The notes: generated from the letters alone by a model not told the origin. Numbered from the stretch's first letter, positions 1 to 14,766 are shown. The stretch: DNA of 64,000 nucleotides from Amoebidium appalachense (GCA_963693365.1 CAVNZM010000015.1:62001-126000); one strand, 5' to 3'. Numbers and translations: made by a program.

Positions 1-223
1 TTTGGGTCCTTCCGGAACTGGTGGTTGTTCTTTTATGAGCGCCTTAATGGCTTCCTCCGGAGCTTCGAAACCAACAACAAAGGTATGTACTGCCCAGCAC
101 AAAGTGTGTTTGTGTTTGTGTGTGTGCGCGCATGTGTATGTGATTTAGAGTTGGGGGGGGGGGGGGGGGGGGGGGGGGGGAGAGAGGGGGAGAAGCGAGG
201 GAGAGAGACAGAGAGAGGTGCGT

Positions 224-254
<31 letters not shown>

Positions 255-320
255 GGGAGATCGAGACGAGAAAGGAGAAGAGAGAGGGAGAGAGAGAGGG
301 AGAGAAAGAGAGAGAAAGAA

Positions 321-394
<74 letters not shown>

Positions 395-408
395 GAAAGG
401 TAGATAGG

Positions 409-440
<32 letters not shown>

Positions 441-653
441 GTGGGTGTGTGTGTGGGGGGGGGGTTTGTTTTATCTGGTCGGAAACCACGGGGGGGGGGG
501 GGGGGGGGGGGGGAGAAGGTGAAAGGGCAAGAATGAGAGAAGAAGAAAGGGAAGCAGGAAGAGAAGGAGGAGAAGGTTAGAGGAAGAAGGGGCCTGGATC
601 GAGAAGGGGATGTAGGAAACATGCAGACGGGGGCACAACGGATGGATGGATGG

Positions 654-732
<79 letters not shown>

Positions 733-1849
733 TATATGTGACTGTGTGTCATATGAACGTCTACAAACATGTGCATACGTGTACGGACAAACACCTACAT
801 CTTCTTCTACCAAAATAAACAAACACACACAAAAAGATACTGCAAACACATATATGCTACAATAACGAAGCAAACCTAACCTTTAAGCACCCCCCCCCCC
901 CCCCCCCCGCCCGCCCCCACTTGCACCAGTACCAACCCCCCTCCCTCCCCCCCCCCCCCCCCCCCCCTCGCCACCTCTTCCCGTCCGTCCCTTTCCCTCT
1001 CATCCCCTACTAACACAACACACACGGGCACACACCATTCTCTACCGCCCGGCTACCAAGCTGCCCTTCAACTTTAAAGCATCACAGCCACCCACTGACA
1101 CAGGCACGGTGCACACAGGTGTAGAGTGGCAGATGATAATGCGCGCCCTGTGTCAAGGGTTCTACCGTGCGCCAGAGCTACGTGCCCTTCTTCCTCCCGC
1201 GCTGTTGGAACTACTACCCGACCACGAAATCAGTGCTGAGGGCATTGAACGCCGGCAAACAGTCACGGGCACTTACGGGCCAGCTCAGGCAGCACCGGAG
1301 CAGACTAAACGGCGTGGTAAGCAGATCAGCGTGGATGGCAGCCCATTTGCAGACCTGCGACAACAAATCGTTCATTACATTCGTGCTGCCTACTTCAGTG
1401 ACAAACAGTTTAATGTTGGGCTTCAGCTTGCAAAAAAGGCATGCCCCCAAAACATCACAACCTACACACCCGGATAACATGCAACTCCAACGCAACCAGC
1501 AACAAGCGCAGGTACGTCTCGGCAAGCTTGCCAAGAGATAGCGCTCACCTTGATAACTGTGGTGAGTACTTTGGGGAGATCATGTTTTTTTGAGTGTGAT
1601 ATTAAGGTCGAGGAGGGTAGGGTGGAGAGGGTTGAGCTAACATACTGCCAGTGGCGGTACAACCCCAAAGAGATAGTTACGAATGGGATGTACATAGTGA
1701 CCGATGCAATTTACCAGGCTGAGAAGTGGGCCCAAAAGGTCGTGAACCCCCAGGCTTTCGAAAGATTGTGTATGATTCTCTCGTGGAAAGACCCAGACCC
1801 CCAGAACAACAATGAGTATGCAGTTCTCCCACTAAGGCCCGGGCTTTAA
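1..1849 (+). mobile_element. 3' part of a CACTA/En-Spm (CMC superfamily) transposase gene, intron-containing, 5'-truncated by the window edge
   Basis: Exon 1-82 (G|GTATGT) spliced to 1119 (cacacag|) reads FGSFRNWWLFFYERLNGFLRSFETNNKGVEWQMIMR, matching the W-x-F-x-[FY]ER-x-NG-x-L...TN...E-x-Q motif of CACTA transposases. ORFs 1109-1477 and 1550-1849 share a frame, separated by one TAA (1475-1477). The tail (FF.C...YCQW...VVNP...VLPL) resembles the CACTA C-terminal region. No TIR identified. Confidence 0.75.
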
Positions 1850-1946
1850 ACTAGATTGACCGTAGATTAAACTAGATTGGCCGTAGAGATGTGGAGGTAG
1901 CTCCAAAACATCAGACGAAAGTAGAGCAATATATTTTTTAATTTTT

Positions 1947-1994
<48 letters not shown>

Positions 1995-2812
1995 TGTGAG
2001 TGATAGTGTGTAGTAAAGTAAGAAAAAATTAGCATGTATTTCTACGGATAACGTATGGTATTAAGACGTGCATGAATGTTTAGGCAAGGCTTGGGTACAC
2101 ATTATTATCGTTTCATTATAAAGCCATGAATGCATGCAAAGGAGAGGCATGTCCAAAGTGCAAAACTCACGGGCCTGAAAATACCTGTATGGGCTCGAAT
2201 ACATGCATACACAAACACAAACACCATAAAAAGACTCCTTCCCGATGCAAGAATGAAAGCCATGTGTGTTGAAAAAAAAAAGGAAAGGAGTCAAAGAAGA
2301 GAAAAGATGAACAGCAGTCCTAAACGATGATCAAACACTGGCCTTGCAGGCGTGCCAGTACAGCGCGAGGGCAGGAAGAGGGTGGAGAGGCGAAGAGGGA
2401 GGGAAGGAGGCTGCGGACTTCAGAGTAGGGGCGGGAGGGGGCCGGGGGGGGGGGGGGGGGGGGGGGGGGGAGAGGGAGGGGGTGGGGGGGGGGTAAAACT
2501 AACCTGCCTGTTGTGGCAAGGAGTGCACACGTCCAGAATGTTTCGCCACCATTTTTAATTAAGGAACATTGAAGGTAGCACGGTTCGAATTGAACGCAGA
2601 AGTAGAGTGATTAAAAAAGGGTGTCAAAAAAAACACACCACGTCTTGTATATAATTGACGTATATAATTGACAAAAGATATGAACTTCGAGAACAACAGG
2701 AGCGGACTTATGACAAAGGAAACGAAGTTCTCCCCGGCAGATGACCTGGTCGTAAAGGAAATAATGACTCTATGTTACAACCTCTGTTGCGCAATGCAAT
2801 GACAAAGTTGAC

Positions 2813-4647
<1,835 letters not shown>

Positions 4648-5184
4648 TGGTCACGCACATTCACCTGCACTAATCGTTGCCGACTGGCACGTGTCAGTTC
4701 AAGCATCAAAGGATGTGTGCCTCGATCGCATTCCTGGGTGCGGCCCAAACCAATCAAGTGCTAGCCCGCAGGTGCGTGCGGTTCAGCCCAAAAATCCGAG
4801 GCTCACGATCCACGATTCCCCGCGGATCGGACCCGAAATATCGGTGCAGTGTAGGACCGCACGCCGCATGGGCAACATTCCTGCAGGAGCAAAACACATT
4901 CCACAAAAAATCGGTGAAAATCGTCCATCGGCCGGCCCTACCAGTTCATAATGTAACCCGGTCGTCACTCGTAGGTACCTACTTTCCTATAGCGGGACTG
5001 GCAGTGACACACACACACACACACACACACACACAACGTGGCATACACACAGACAAGGTTTCCATCTAGTTATTTTGATGTCTACAGGTTACCGTAGCTA
5101 TAGCCTTGATTCTGTCCTTGCAATCACGCCGGAGGGGAGGGGGGAAGGGGGGTGGGTCGGTGGTGGTGGTGGTGGTGGTAGTGG

Positions 5185-5218
<34 letters not shown>

Positions 5219-6434
5219 TGGTAGTGGTGGGGGGGGGGGGGGGGGGGGAACATGGGGGGCCAAGGCCCTGTGACATCGAAGCATCTGGCACATGATATTT
5301 CTTTTATGGCCTCACCATAAAACGAACTGGTTGAGTTTTGATTCGAGACCTGGTGTGTGTGGCAGGGGTTTGGGTGAGAGCCAGTCCTGGACCACGCGGA
5401 TGCACCTTTTTGTCACTGACTTAAAGTGCACGTGTTGCTTGCACATCATCTGTGGCACGTGTGTTATGTGTTACGTGTGCCACTCACTGTGTGTGCCATT
5501 GTTAATTTACAGGGTCTGGTGTGTATGTATTTACGTAATCTCAAATCAATCACTGTGCTCTGTGTTAGAGTGTGGGTGTACATGTGCGGTGTGTACATGT
5601 GTGGGAACTTCGCGTGCGTGCGTGCACGTGCCACGTCGTTTTTGTGCACGTGCGGGGTTTCACATAAAGCAGAAAACCAACACAAGCCAACGTTCAGTAA
5701 AAGACATGTTTTTAGATGAAATTTCAAGAGTCGAGAATGTGTGTGTTGGGGCCCCCGCGGGGGGGGGGGGGGGGGGGGGGGAAGAGGGGGGGATGGGGGG
5801 GGGGGGGGGGGGGGGGAGGATCCGGAGGGGGGAGGGGAGGGGGGGGCACCGTTACCGTGGACACGGTAGTAGGCTGAGTGAAAATGCAAACCAAATAATT
5901 TTTAAAGACAAATGACTAGCCAAGATTTAAACAATAACCAAAACCACGAACAACACAACCATCCTAATAGTATGTTACCCAGACCCGTGAAAAGAGAACT
6001 AGGCAAGCGTTCACTCATTGTGGGCAGTTTCACCGCGCCTAATTTAAAATTGGCAGGCTGACACCATCACAATCACGGAGAACGTTCCACATAGGCTGTA
6101 ACATGCCCTATTCAGACACAACTACTTTTTTTTTCAGCCAGCGCACACATTGTCACTGAGTGATCACTACATCATACAGTACATTGACCTTCATGTAGCC
6201 TCGGCACGGGACTATGTAGCTCATTTCTCGCATTGCGTTTGTTGCTGCCGTCACCGCGTATTTAACCCCCCCCCCCTTCCTCTCCCTCTCCCTCCTCCCC
6301 CCACCCCCCTCCCCGTCACCCCCACCGGTACCCTACCCCACGACCCCGCCCGCCCGCCACCTGCCACTCCCCGGCCCTACCCAATTGGTGCCGGCATATC
6401 CCCACCTCTCTCCCTCCCCCTCTCCCCCCCCCCC

Positions 6435-6465
<31 letters not shown>

Positions 6466-6821
6466 ACACACACCACCACCAGCTAGCAGTGCCCACACTC
6501 CTGCGTGAGGCCTTTTTCCTTTGGTCACAATGGGAGCATGGCGAGAAGCACCTGATGTACATGTAGCATGTGTGTACATGTGTGTGTGTGTTTGCCACGG
6601 GGGAGGGGGGAGGGTGAGGGGAGGGGGCCGGGGAGGGGGCCGGGGGGGGGGGGGGGGAGGGGGGGGGGGGGGGGGGGGGAGAGGGGGAAGCCTCAGGGGG
6701 GGAGGGGGGGGGGAAGAGGGGGGGGGGGGGGGGAGGGGTTAACTTATCGGATCACGGGGGGGAGGGAGAAGCCTAAGGGTGGGGAAGGGGAGGGGGGGGA
6801 GGGGAGGAGGAGGAGGATGGT

Positions 6822-6852
<31 letters not shown>

Positions 6853-8036
6853 AACTTATCGGATATGTAATGAAGTAGGCTGCTAGGCTGTGGCCCATAT
6901 GATTTAAATTTACCAGTGACCCAGTGACGCTACCGAAAATGCTGGGTGCTACTAAAATAGAAAAATAAAAACAGTAATTCTCGAGACGGCCGTGTGCAGT
7001 TGCAACCTGTAGTGCTGAATTGGTGGCCGTAGGGGCCACAACCGTATGTAGTCACCCAGTATCAGCATGATACGTGCATGTGCTAGTCTTCCTTTTTCAA
7101 TTTTTTCTAACTAACGGACTAATTAGATAGGTGACTTGCCCTCCCAATTGCAATTGTTATATGTACCTTCCCCCCCCCCCCTCCCCCCCCTCCCCCCTCC
7201 TTCTTCCCCCCTTCCCCTCTCCCCTCTCCCCCCCCCCTCCCCCCTGGGCCTCCCCCTCTCCCCCCCGCCAGCCTGGGATCGGGAAACCAAGGAAAGTGCC
7301 GGGACCTTCCATACAAGGGCAAGGCAAAAGATCTTCTATATGCGGGCTCCAGCCAAATTCTTAATTTCTAGAGGTTTCCATATATCATGGAAGGAAGTAT
7401 GGGGCACGATGCAGCCAGACCGAGTCACGTCACCAGCACCTTTTCTTATTTGGAAGCCCCGAGATTAGTCGTTTGCACACGTGCAACCCTTAAGTTACCC
7501 CCACATTTGGCTGTTGTGTTCATCTTCTCCTCCATCCTAATATGTTCCCCATTACATGACCCTGAAAGGCATAATCGGGAATTTACATGGAGTGAGGCTA
7601 TGGTGCCCAGAGGCTCTTGCAAATTGAAATGCGCACAGGGGCAACCCGTGCTGAAATTTATTGCACTGTTTTCTAATTGTGGCCTGAGTGGCGGGCAGTG
7701 GGGGAAGAACTTGCATTAGCGGCGCGGCGGCAGGGGGGAGGGGGGGGGGGGGGGGGGAAGGGGGCTGGATGCAGTGATACTTTTGTTAGCACACGTGTTC
7801 GTGCTAACACCGTTAACATGTTTGTTGGTGCGACTAATTAATAGTGCTTGTGTGGCCTGGCACAGGTGTGAGGTGTGGAGGTGTGTGTGTGTGTGTATGT
7901 GCAAATACATTCTTTTGTGCCGGCGCACAGGTTTGAAGGCTGGCGAGAGGGCATGTGTGTGTGGGGGATTGGGTTGGTTGCTTGGGTGTATGCACGTTTG
8001 TACATGTATGGGTGTATGTGTGTATGGGTGGGTTGG

Positions 8037-8081
<45 letters not shown>

Positions 8082-8783
8082 GTTTTTATGTGTTGTGCGT
8101 GTATAGGCTCGGGTGTGGTGTGTGTGGGGTGCATATGCGTGTGGTAACTGTGTGCGCAGTTTGGTAGTTTGGAGTGGGTGCGGGGAAGATGGTTTTGTTT
8201 GGGTGTCGTTCAAATGTGTCAATACACGTGGACTATGCATTGCTTTCACAATGTCGCAAAGTAGGGGAGGGAGGGACGAGGGAAAAACAGGAGGGTGCAC
8301 ACGTTGTGTGTTTGGGGAGGGATGGACGAGGAAGTGTGCACGTGTCGTATGTCTGTGTCTGTCTGTCTTTCTCCCTTTCTCGTTCTCTCTCTCTCCCTCT
8401 CTGTGCGTGTGTGTGTACGTGTACGTGTGTGTGTGTGTGTGTGTGTGTGAATGGAGGGAAGGAGTGGGCAGTGGAACTTCCAGTGAAGACATGTCTGTGA
8501 CCGTATGTCGGTCACGTATGTGTTGGGCTGCCACCGACAGCCCTATACATGCTGCAGACATGGTACCAACATATGCGACAGAAAACACATTCTTGCACTG
8601 TTCCAAAAGGCCTTAGATATATGAAAGCATTTTCTAAACTTTCGTTACTTGTACACAATAACAACAGCACGTCTTACATTACATCCCCCTCCCCCCCCCC
8701 CTCCCCCCCCCCCCCAAAAAAAAAAAACCACCCCAAAAAAATAAGTTAAAGTGGCTGTTTAAAAAAAGAAAAGGAAGAAAAGT

Positions 8784-9686
8784 TTAGCTTGCAGCCGCTG
8801 GCTGTGGGGTTGTGGCGGCCTTTTCCCTCTCCCTCTCTTTGATCGATACCTCTGCCACCTCCGAGGCCTTCTGTGCCTTTTGCTGTGCATACTTCTCACG
8901 CCTGCGTGCATTTTTCTTGTCTCTGTTCTGCACGTGCACCTTCTTCAACCCACACGCGTTGCAGAGCGTAACCTGCCCCTTTTCGTCTCGCCGCCACTGC
9001 GGCGTCTCCGTCGCCCCGCACTCGGCGCACTTCCTCTCCCTCCGATCGAACCCGAAATCACCCATCATACCCGGGGACATGAACATATCCATTCCATAGC
9101 CCATCGGGGTGCGCGGCATAAACATGGCGCCCTGGTCGGCAAAGGGCCCCTGCATTGTGTTTCTGCGCACGGGGAGAGGGCCGGGTCTTGGGTATGCATC
9201 CAACATGGCCGCCAGCTGCTCAAACCCTTGCAAGGCCGCTATGTCTGCAGCCGTCTTGCCCGTGGCCGTCTCTGCATCCGGGTTTGCTCCTCTCCTCAGA
9301 AGTATTGCGCACGTGTCGATGTTTCCAATAGAAGCCGCCCAGTGCAGGGCCGTCCACCCTCTCTGGTCTGTCTGCTCGATGAAAGAATTCAAATCCAAAA
9401 GACAGTTAACTACCTCCACACTGCCCCTCCGTGCTGCGTTCAATAGCGGTGGGCCGCACGGCGTTTCAAAGTCCACAGGCACACCCTCCTTGTATAGTGA
9501 CCGTATCGCTTGTAGGTCTACCTCGATAACGGCAGACAGAAAGAGAACTTTCATGAACGTGTCTCGATCGTTTGTGCCCTGGACGTTGGGAGCAAACCCC
9601 TGCTGGCCTGTGTTTAGCCCGTAGTCAACGGACATTGCCGGACTCATTTGCAACATGGCTGCCGACGAACTGTGCATAGACTGCAT
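8784..9686 (-). CDS. Ankyrin-repeat + GATA-type zinc-finger protein (~300 aa, intronless)
   Basis: Ankyrin repeats (GPPLLNAARRGSVEVVNCLLD; GWTALHWAASIGNIDTCAILLRRGANPD; GKTAADIA) followed by CAECGATETPQWRRDEKGQVTLCNACGL (C-x2-C-x18-C-x2-C) and a basic tail. Start ATG 9686 is inferred because the frame is open further upstream. Confidence 0.9.
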   Translation of the reverse strand: MQSMHSSSAAMLQMSPAMSVDYGLNTGQQGFAPNVQGTNDRDTFMKVLFLSAVIEVDLQAIRSLYKEGVPVDFETPCGPPLLNAARRGSVEVVNCLLDLNSFIEQTDQRGWTALHWAASIGNIDTCAILLRRGANPDAETATGKTAADIAALQGFEQLAAMLDAYPRPGPLPVRRNTMQGPFADQGAMFMPRTPMGYGMDMFMSPGMMGDFGFDRRERKCAECGATETPQWRRDEKGQVTLCNACGLKKVHVQNRDKKNARRREKYAQQKAQKASEVAEVSIKEREREKAATTPQPAAAS

Positions 9687-10898
9687 GATGAACCCAGAAA
9701 CCACCACCATCAATGGGTAGGACAAAAGGTGGTATTGCTTAGCGACACCTAGCGCTGTATTCTCGCTAGGCCCAGAGCCAAAAAAAGAAAGAAAGAAAAT
9801 ATGGTGATCGACCAGAAGTGCTGTGTTCAAAAGAGTATCAAGCCTTGCGTGTGCCCGTTCAGGCGTCCCGCGCATACACATTAAAGAGCAAGGCTTCTGT
9901 TCCGACCGAGGCTAATAATATTTTTGAGCTAAAACGATGGTGGGACTAAGGAAAAACAGAGGTTGCGAGAGCCCCTCTCCTGGCAAAGAAACTGGAGCGT
10001 GTGTGTGGTATGTGCGTATGCTTCGTATAATGTATCGTTTACTGTCAACAAAACGTGAACATCGCACAGTGCGGCGTATGTTGTGTGGCTATCTAAGTGC
10101 CAAAATCTCCAAACCATTCGCTATACCAAAAAAAAAAAAGGTTGTCGGCCCAAAGCGCGTGGAAGCTAACGGGCTAAACGTATCGTAATTTTACTACGCT
10201 GAAACTCCATATACGTATACGTTGCGATTCTAACAACAAAAAGAAACCTTCGTGTAAAGATTTAACTACAAAGAATTGAGAGCAAAAAACCAAGCCTTTC
10301 TCTCTTTCTTTTTTCGCTTTTACTTGAAATGCCGCCGTTTTTGACCGTTCAAAAAGAATGACAAGGGATCGTTACCTAACCGATTCGCCAAAAGACCCCT
10401 TTTGATTGGCTGTCATCTAAACCGATTCGATTACGAGATCGCGAATCAGCCGGCCCGGCCAGACAAAATAAAAGCCGGTGACGTAATAAGTTGCTGTTAA
10501 CGTTGCCTCTCTCTCTCTTCTTTTTTCCTTTTTCATTTCTTTCTTCTTTCTCCCCTTCCCCTCCCCCCCCCCCCCCCCCCTCCCTCCTCCTCTCCATCAC
10601 TCTTCCCCCCCCCCTCTCCTCCCCTATTCTACATCCAACCGAACAGACCAGCGTGCAAATCACCCTAAGAATACAACTGTAAACGAGTTGTTTATCTCAT
10701 ACCCATCACCCAAGGACACCCTTAAGGTTGCGTCCACAAAGAAGGCACCGTGCCCCGGTGGTGGTACTTTTTTACCACGTGTGGAAAAGCCAGGAGAATT
10801 CTGCTCCCTTGGCAGGCCGATGCTTTGGGCTCCCATCTGCCAAATACGGGCAGAAGTCAATAACAGCAGCCACAAGTGTGCTGCTGTTCGTGCCAGTG

Positions 10899-10945
<47 letters not shown>

Positions 10946-11376
10946 GGACGTTCATACCCGTACATGGACGGTTACAGAAGGAGGTGAGGGCTGATCTTGT
11001 GAGTGTGTGTGTCTCTCTCTCTCTGTGAGTGTGTGTCTGCGTATGTGACTGTGTGTGTGTGTGTGTGTGTACTGAATGAGTGTGTGGGTGGTTTGGTTGT
11101 GAGTAGGTGTGGTTGCGCCGGGTTGTGAGTTGGGGTTTGTGTGTGCATCTGTGACGTGCATGTGTGTGGCTGTGATGCATAAGCGTGATTTGCTTGCCTA
11201 CGTGTGTGCAGACGTGGGTGTGCAAGCATTTGTATGTTGTACATGGTGTGTATGTTTATGTGGGTGGGTGGGTGGGTGTATCATATTTGTATGTTTGTGG
11301 GTGTGTTAGGGTGTTTTCAACTGTCATAATGTGGTACGGCACTAAAGTGGACTCAGAAGACGCTGCAGCGAGATAC

Positions 11377-11418
<42 letters not shown>

Positions 11419-11819
11419 CCTCCTCCCCCCTCCTGCCCTTGGGCTTGGGCCGTGGGCTCAGCCTGAGGATGGGCTCTTCCTATCATGCATACTATTTACA
11501 TGTGGTTTGCACTCTGAATTGTGTTGTCCGTTATCATGTGTGCTCCGTGCTCTATGGTGCATTCAAACCCCTTATGCGCCCATATCCCCCTCCCCCTTTC
11601 ATGTCTGCCTTCGCCTTGAGCAGCCCTAGACGGCCTCATGCAACTATTTTTTCTGCACAAAACCCTCTCCTGCAACCTTTACCCCATGGCACGTTTCTGT
11701 CTGGTCCCAGAGTTGTTCAGTTTTTTTTTCTGGTGCGCACGCCAGCCCCTACCTGATTGATTTTGTGGCATGCGTACCGTGGGCCATTTCCATTTGTGCC
11801 AGTGCCCGTGTGGGTGTGT

Positions 11820-11893
<74 letters not shown>

Positions 11894-12257
11894 CATTGCA
11901 AGTGCTTCGCTGTGGCTGCAATTGTGAAGTTCTACTTTTTGGTGCGTGTGCACGTGTGCGTGTGCGTGTGTGTGTGTGTGCCACAGTGCGTGTGTGTGCG
12001 TGTGTGCGTGCGTGTGCGTGTGTGCGTGTGTGTGTGCCTTTTGTGTGTCTGTGTGTGAGTATTCACTGTCTTATCGTGTGTGTGTGTTATTCAGTAGGTA
12101 CGCAGCAGTGTACGCAACTTTTTCTGTTATAACCTCACAATACTACTGGATGGTGCTTTAGTCCTAGCCTCCTAGGTGTTCCACTCGATCACTGGCGCTA
12201 TGTACGAGCTCCCCACATTCCGGAATACCGCGATCTTGGCTGCATGTTCAGGAACTT

Positions 12258-12267
12258 GTGACGTCAC
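12258..12267. promoter_or_regulatory. CRE-like palindrome GTGACGTCAC upstream of the Thr-rich gene
   Basis: Perfect 10-bp palindrome containing TGACGTCA, about 465 bp before the ATG at 12731. Function untested. Confidence 0.25.
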
Positions 12268-12730
12268 GTCACCGTGTTGCCATCTCCAGTGCAATGCGCA
12301 GCGCTAGCCCCCGTTCAAAACACTCATAATAGGCTCCGTTGTTGTATGTGTACCATGTATGATTTTTATATATGCCTAATCACATAAAATGTTTTGCGCA
12401 CGATGTATTGATACTCGTAGCACGCCGTCACCGTCGCTGTGCCACACTGAGCTTTGGCGAGGCTTGCCCAGGTCCACCAATTTGCTAGTTATAATCATTC
12501 CAAACGTGTTGATTCCGGCAACCAATCAAACGCAGCTCTCACACAAGTCGCGCACCTATATGAACGAAAGCGATCAAGTCCTGGTATCATTCATTTCCGC
12601 GCTGCACGCAAACATACGGGGTAGCCGCATTTCAGTGTGAGGCCCCCAGCGAACACCTTGTCATAGAGTACTATATCAAAACCAGTGTTCGTTTTTCATA
12701 TCTTTTGTTCGCCGGTAACACATTGAAAAA

Positions 12731-14608
12731 ATGTTCAAAGCCGCTACTATCGCCGTGTTGGCCACGTTCAGCGCCGTTAAGGTCGTGGCTGCGGGCAGTG
12801 GTGTGGGTCAAGGCAACGGAAACAATAATGGCTGGTCGAACCGCATCTATAGTGGCACCAACAACAACGCCCAAGCAAACCATGGAAACACCTACTCCAC
12901 ATACAACAATGCGGGATCCGGATCTGGGAATGGAAACACCTATGGCGTGGGCTACAACAACAACAACGTTGAATACACCAAGAAAGGGTATGACGAGGTC
13001 CCAGAAGACCCCACATATACCAAGGCCGATAAGCCCACCGGTACCTGTCAGGTGACCGTCACACAGACACAGGTCGTACCATACACCACCACGCAGACCG
13101 CCATCACCACACAAGTCCTTCCATACACCACTACACAGACGGCCGTTACCACACAAGTTGTACCGTACACCACCACACAGACTGCCATCACCACACAGAC
13201 AGCCATTGCAACACAGACTATTCCAGTAACCGTCACACAGACTGCTCTCACAACGCAGACCGTCCCGGTCACCGTTACGCAAACGGCCGTCAAAACTCAG
13301 ACGGCAGTTACCACTCGCACGGCCTTTGCCACACAGATGGTTCCCGTCACCATCACACAGACAGCAATCACCACACAGACCATCCCGGTCACCGTTACGC
13401 AGACGACGACGTTCACCCAGACGGCGGTCACCACCAGCACGAACTTTGCCACACGGACTGTTCCCGTCACGGTCACGCAGACGGCAACCACCACCCAGAC
13501 CGCCATCTTCACCAAGACTATCCCCTACACGCTCACGCAGACTGCGGTCACTACTCGCACTGCCGTTGATACTCAGACAGTTCCCGTCACCGTCACTCAA
13601 ACGGCTGTCACCACACAGATTATCCCCTTCACCTCTACCCAAACCGCCACCGCCACGCTCACTCAGACGGTGTTCACGACGCAGGTTGTCCCTACCACCC
13701 TCACGCAGATCTACCGCACAACGGTCGTTGATCGCTCTACCGTTATGGTTCCCCTCACCACCACCTACACCCACACCGACACTGCTGTTACGACGCAGAC
13801 GGCCGTGGCCACCACCACCTTGACCGGCTACACCATCACCACACAAGTGGTCCCCTCCACCACCGTGTACATTCAGACCGCTGTCACCACTCGCACTGCA
13901 TTTGCTACCCAGACGGTTCCGGTCACAACCACACAGACGGCGATTACCACGCAGACGATCCCCTACACCCTTACACAGACCGCAACAGCAACCCAGACCA
14001 TCCCTCTCACCATCACGCAAACGGTGGTAACAACGAAGGTCATTCCCACCACCACCGTTCTCACGCAAATCGCCGTTACGACCCGCTTTGCCACACAGAC
14101 GATCCCGGTCACCATCACCCAGACCGCCATCACCACACAAGTCGTTCCCACCACCACCGTTCTTACGCATACTGCGGTTACCACTCAGACGGCAGTTACA
14201 ACCCAGGTTGTCCCTACCACCACCGTTCTCACACAGACCGCAATCACCACGCAGACTGCCACCGCCACCGCCACCCAAACCATCCCCTACACTGTTACTC
14301 AGACGGCTAACGTGACCAGCACCGCCATCGCCACCACCACCGTCCCTGTGACCATTACAGAGACCGCTGTCACTACTCAGGTTGCGGTGACCACGCAAAC
14401 CGCGGTTACAACTCAGGTTGCAGTTACCACACAGACTGTTCCTGTTACGGTTACGCAAACTGCCACTGCCACCCAGACTATCCCCAGCTACACCACCATC
14501 CCCGTTTACACCACCGTCACCATCACCACCTCCACTGGTTACCCCACCGTCGTCCCCCAACCGACCCCATCTCCCTCCCCGACACCGTGCAATGGATACG
14601 AGTGCTGA
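12731..14608 (+). CDS. Secreted Thr/Val/Gln-rich repeat protein (cell-wall/adhesin/mucin-like), 625 aa, intronless
   Basis: Signal-peptide-like N-terminus MFKAATIAVLATFSAVKVVAA, a Gly/Asn/Tyr-rich segment, about 500 aa of [V/I]P-x-T-x-TQTA-x-TTQ repeats with diverged synonymous codons, and a Pro-rich end PTPSPSPTPCNGYEC. Confidence 0.9.
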   Translation: MFKAATIAVLATFSAVKVVAAGSGVGQGNGNNNGWSNRIYSGTNNNAQANHGNTYSTYNNAGSGSGNGNTYGVGYNNNNVEYTKKGYDEVPEDPTYTKADKPTGTCQVTVTQTQVVPYTTTQTAITTQVLPYTTTQTAVTTQVVPYTTTQTAITTQTAIATQTIPVTVTQTALTTQTVPVTVTQTAVKTQTAVTTRTAFATQMVPVTITQTAITTQTIPVTVTQTTTFTQTAVTTSTNFATRTVPVTVTQTATTTQTAIFTKTIPYTLTQTAVTTRTAVDTQTVPVTVTQTAVTTQIIPFTSTQTATATLTQTVFTTQVVPTTLTQIYRTTVVDRSTVMVPLTTTYTHTDTAVTTQTAVATTTLTGYTITTQVVPSTTVYIQTAVTTRTAFATQTVPVTTTQTAITTQTIPYTLTQTATATQTIPLTITQTVVTTKVIPTTTVLTQIAVTTRFATQTIPVTITQTAITTQVVPTTTVLTHTAVTTQTAVTTQVVPTTTVLTQTAITTQTATATATQTIPYTVTQTANVTSTAIATTTVPVTITETAVTTQVAVTTQTAVTTQVAVTTQTVPVTVTQTATATQTIPSYTTIPVYTTVTITTSTGYPTVVPQPTPSPSPTPCNGYEC

Positions 14609-14766
14609 GGTTTCTAGACGGGCTTAAATAGTGTTGTGTTTTGGTTGTACCTAGGTGATTCGAATTCGATTAGTTTAGTTTTGTTCGGTTGATGATGTAT
14701 GTATGTATTATCCTGGTTTCCATATGTTGATTTAGTCACACGGAACACTTTTGGGATGCTCCTCCA

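Noticed and set aside
2004-2008. TAGTG as the 3' TIR of the CACTA transposase element
   Set aside because: Only 5 bp, within a GT-rich tract, and it does not extend to match the CACTAGTTCGGA TIR.
7387-7719. 110-aa non-repetitive ORF
   Set aside because: No family resemblance or supporting exon structure.
12671-14560. 629-aa antisense ORF
   Set aside because: Shadow of the Thr-rich gene: ACN/CAG/GTN codons rarely give reverse-strand stops, and the sense frame has the signal peptide.
14603-14617. TGC TGA GGT TTC TAG read as a Cys-Sec-Gly C-terminus
   Set aside because: No convincing SECIS. The ATGA...TGAT stem near 14693-14731 pairs weakly and lacks apical AA, and the protein is not redox-like. 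SECISearch3 would settle it.
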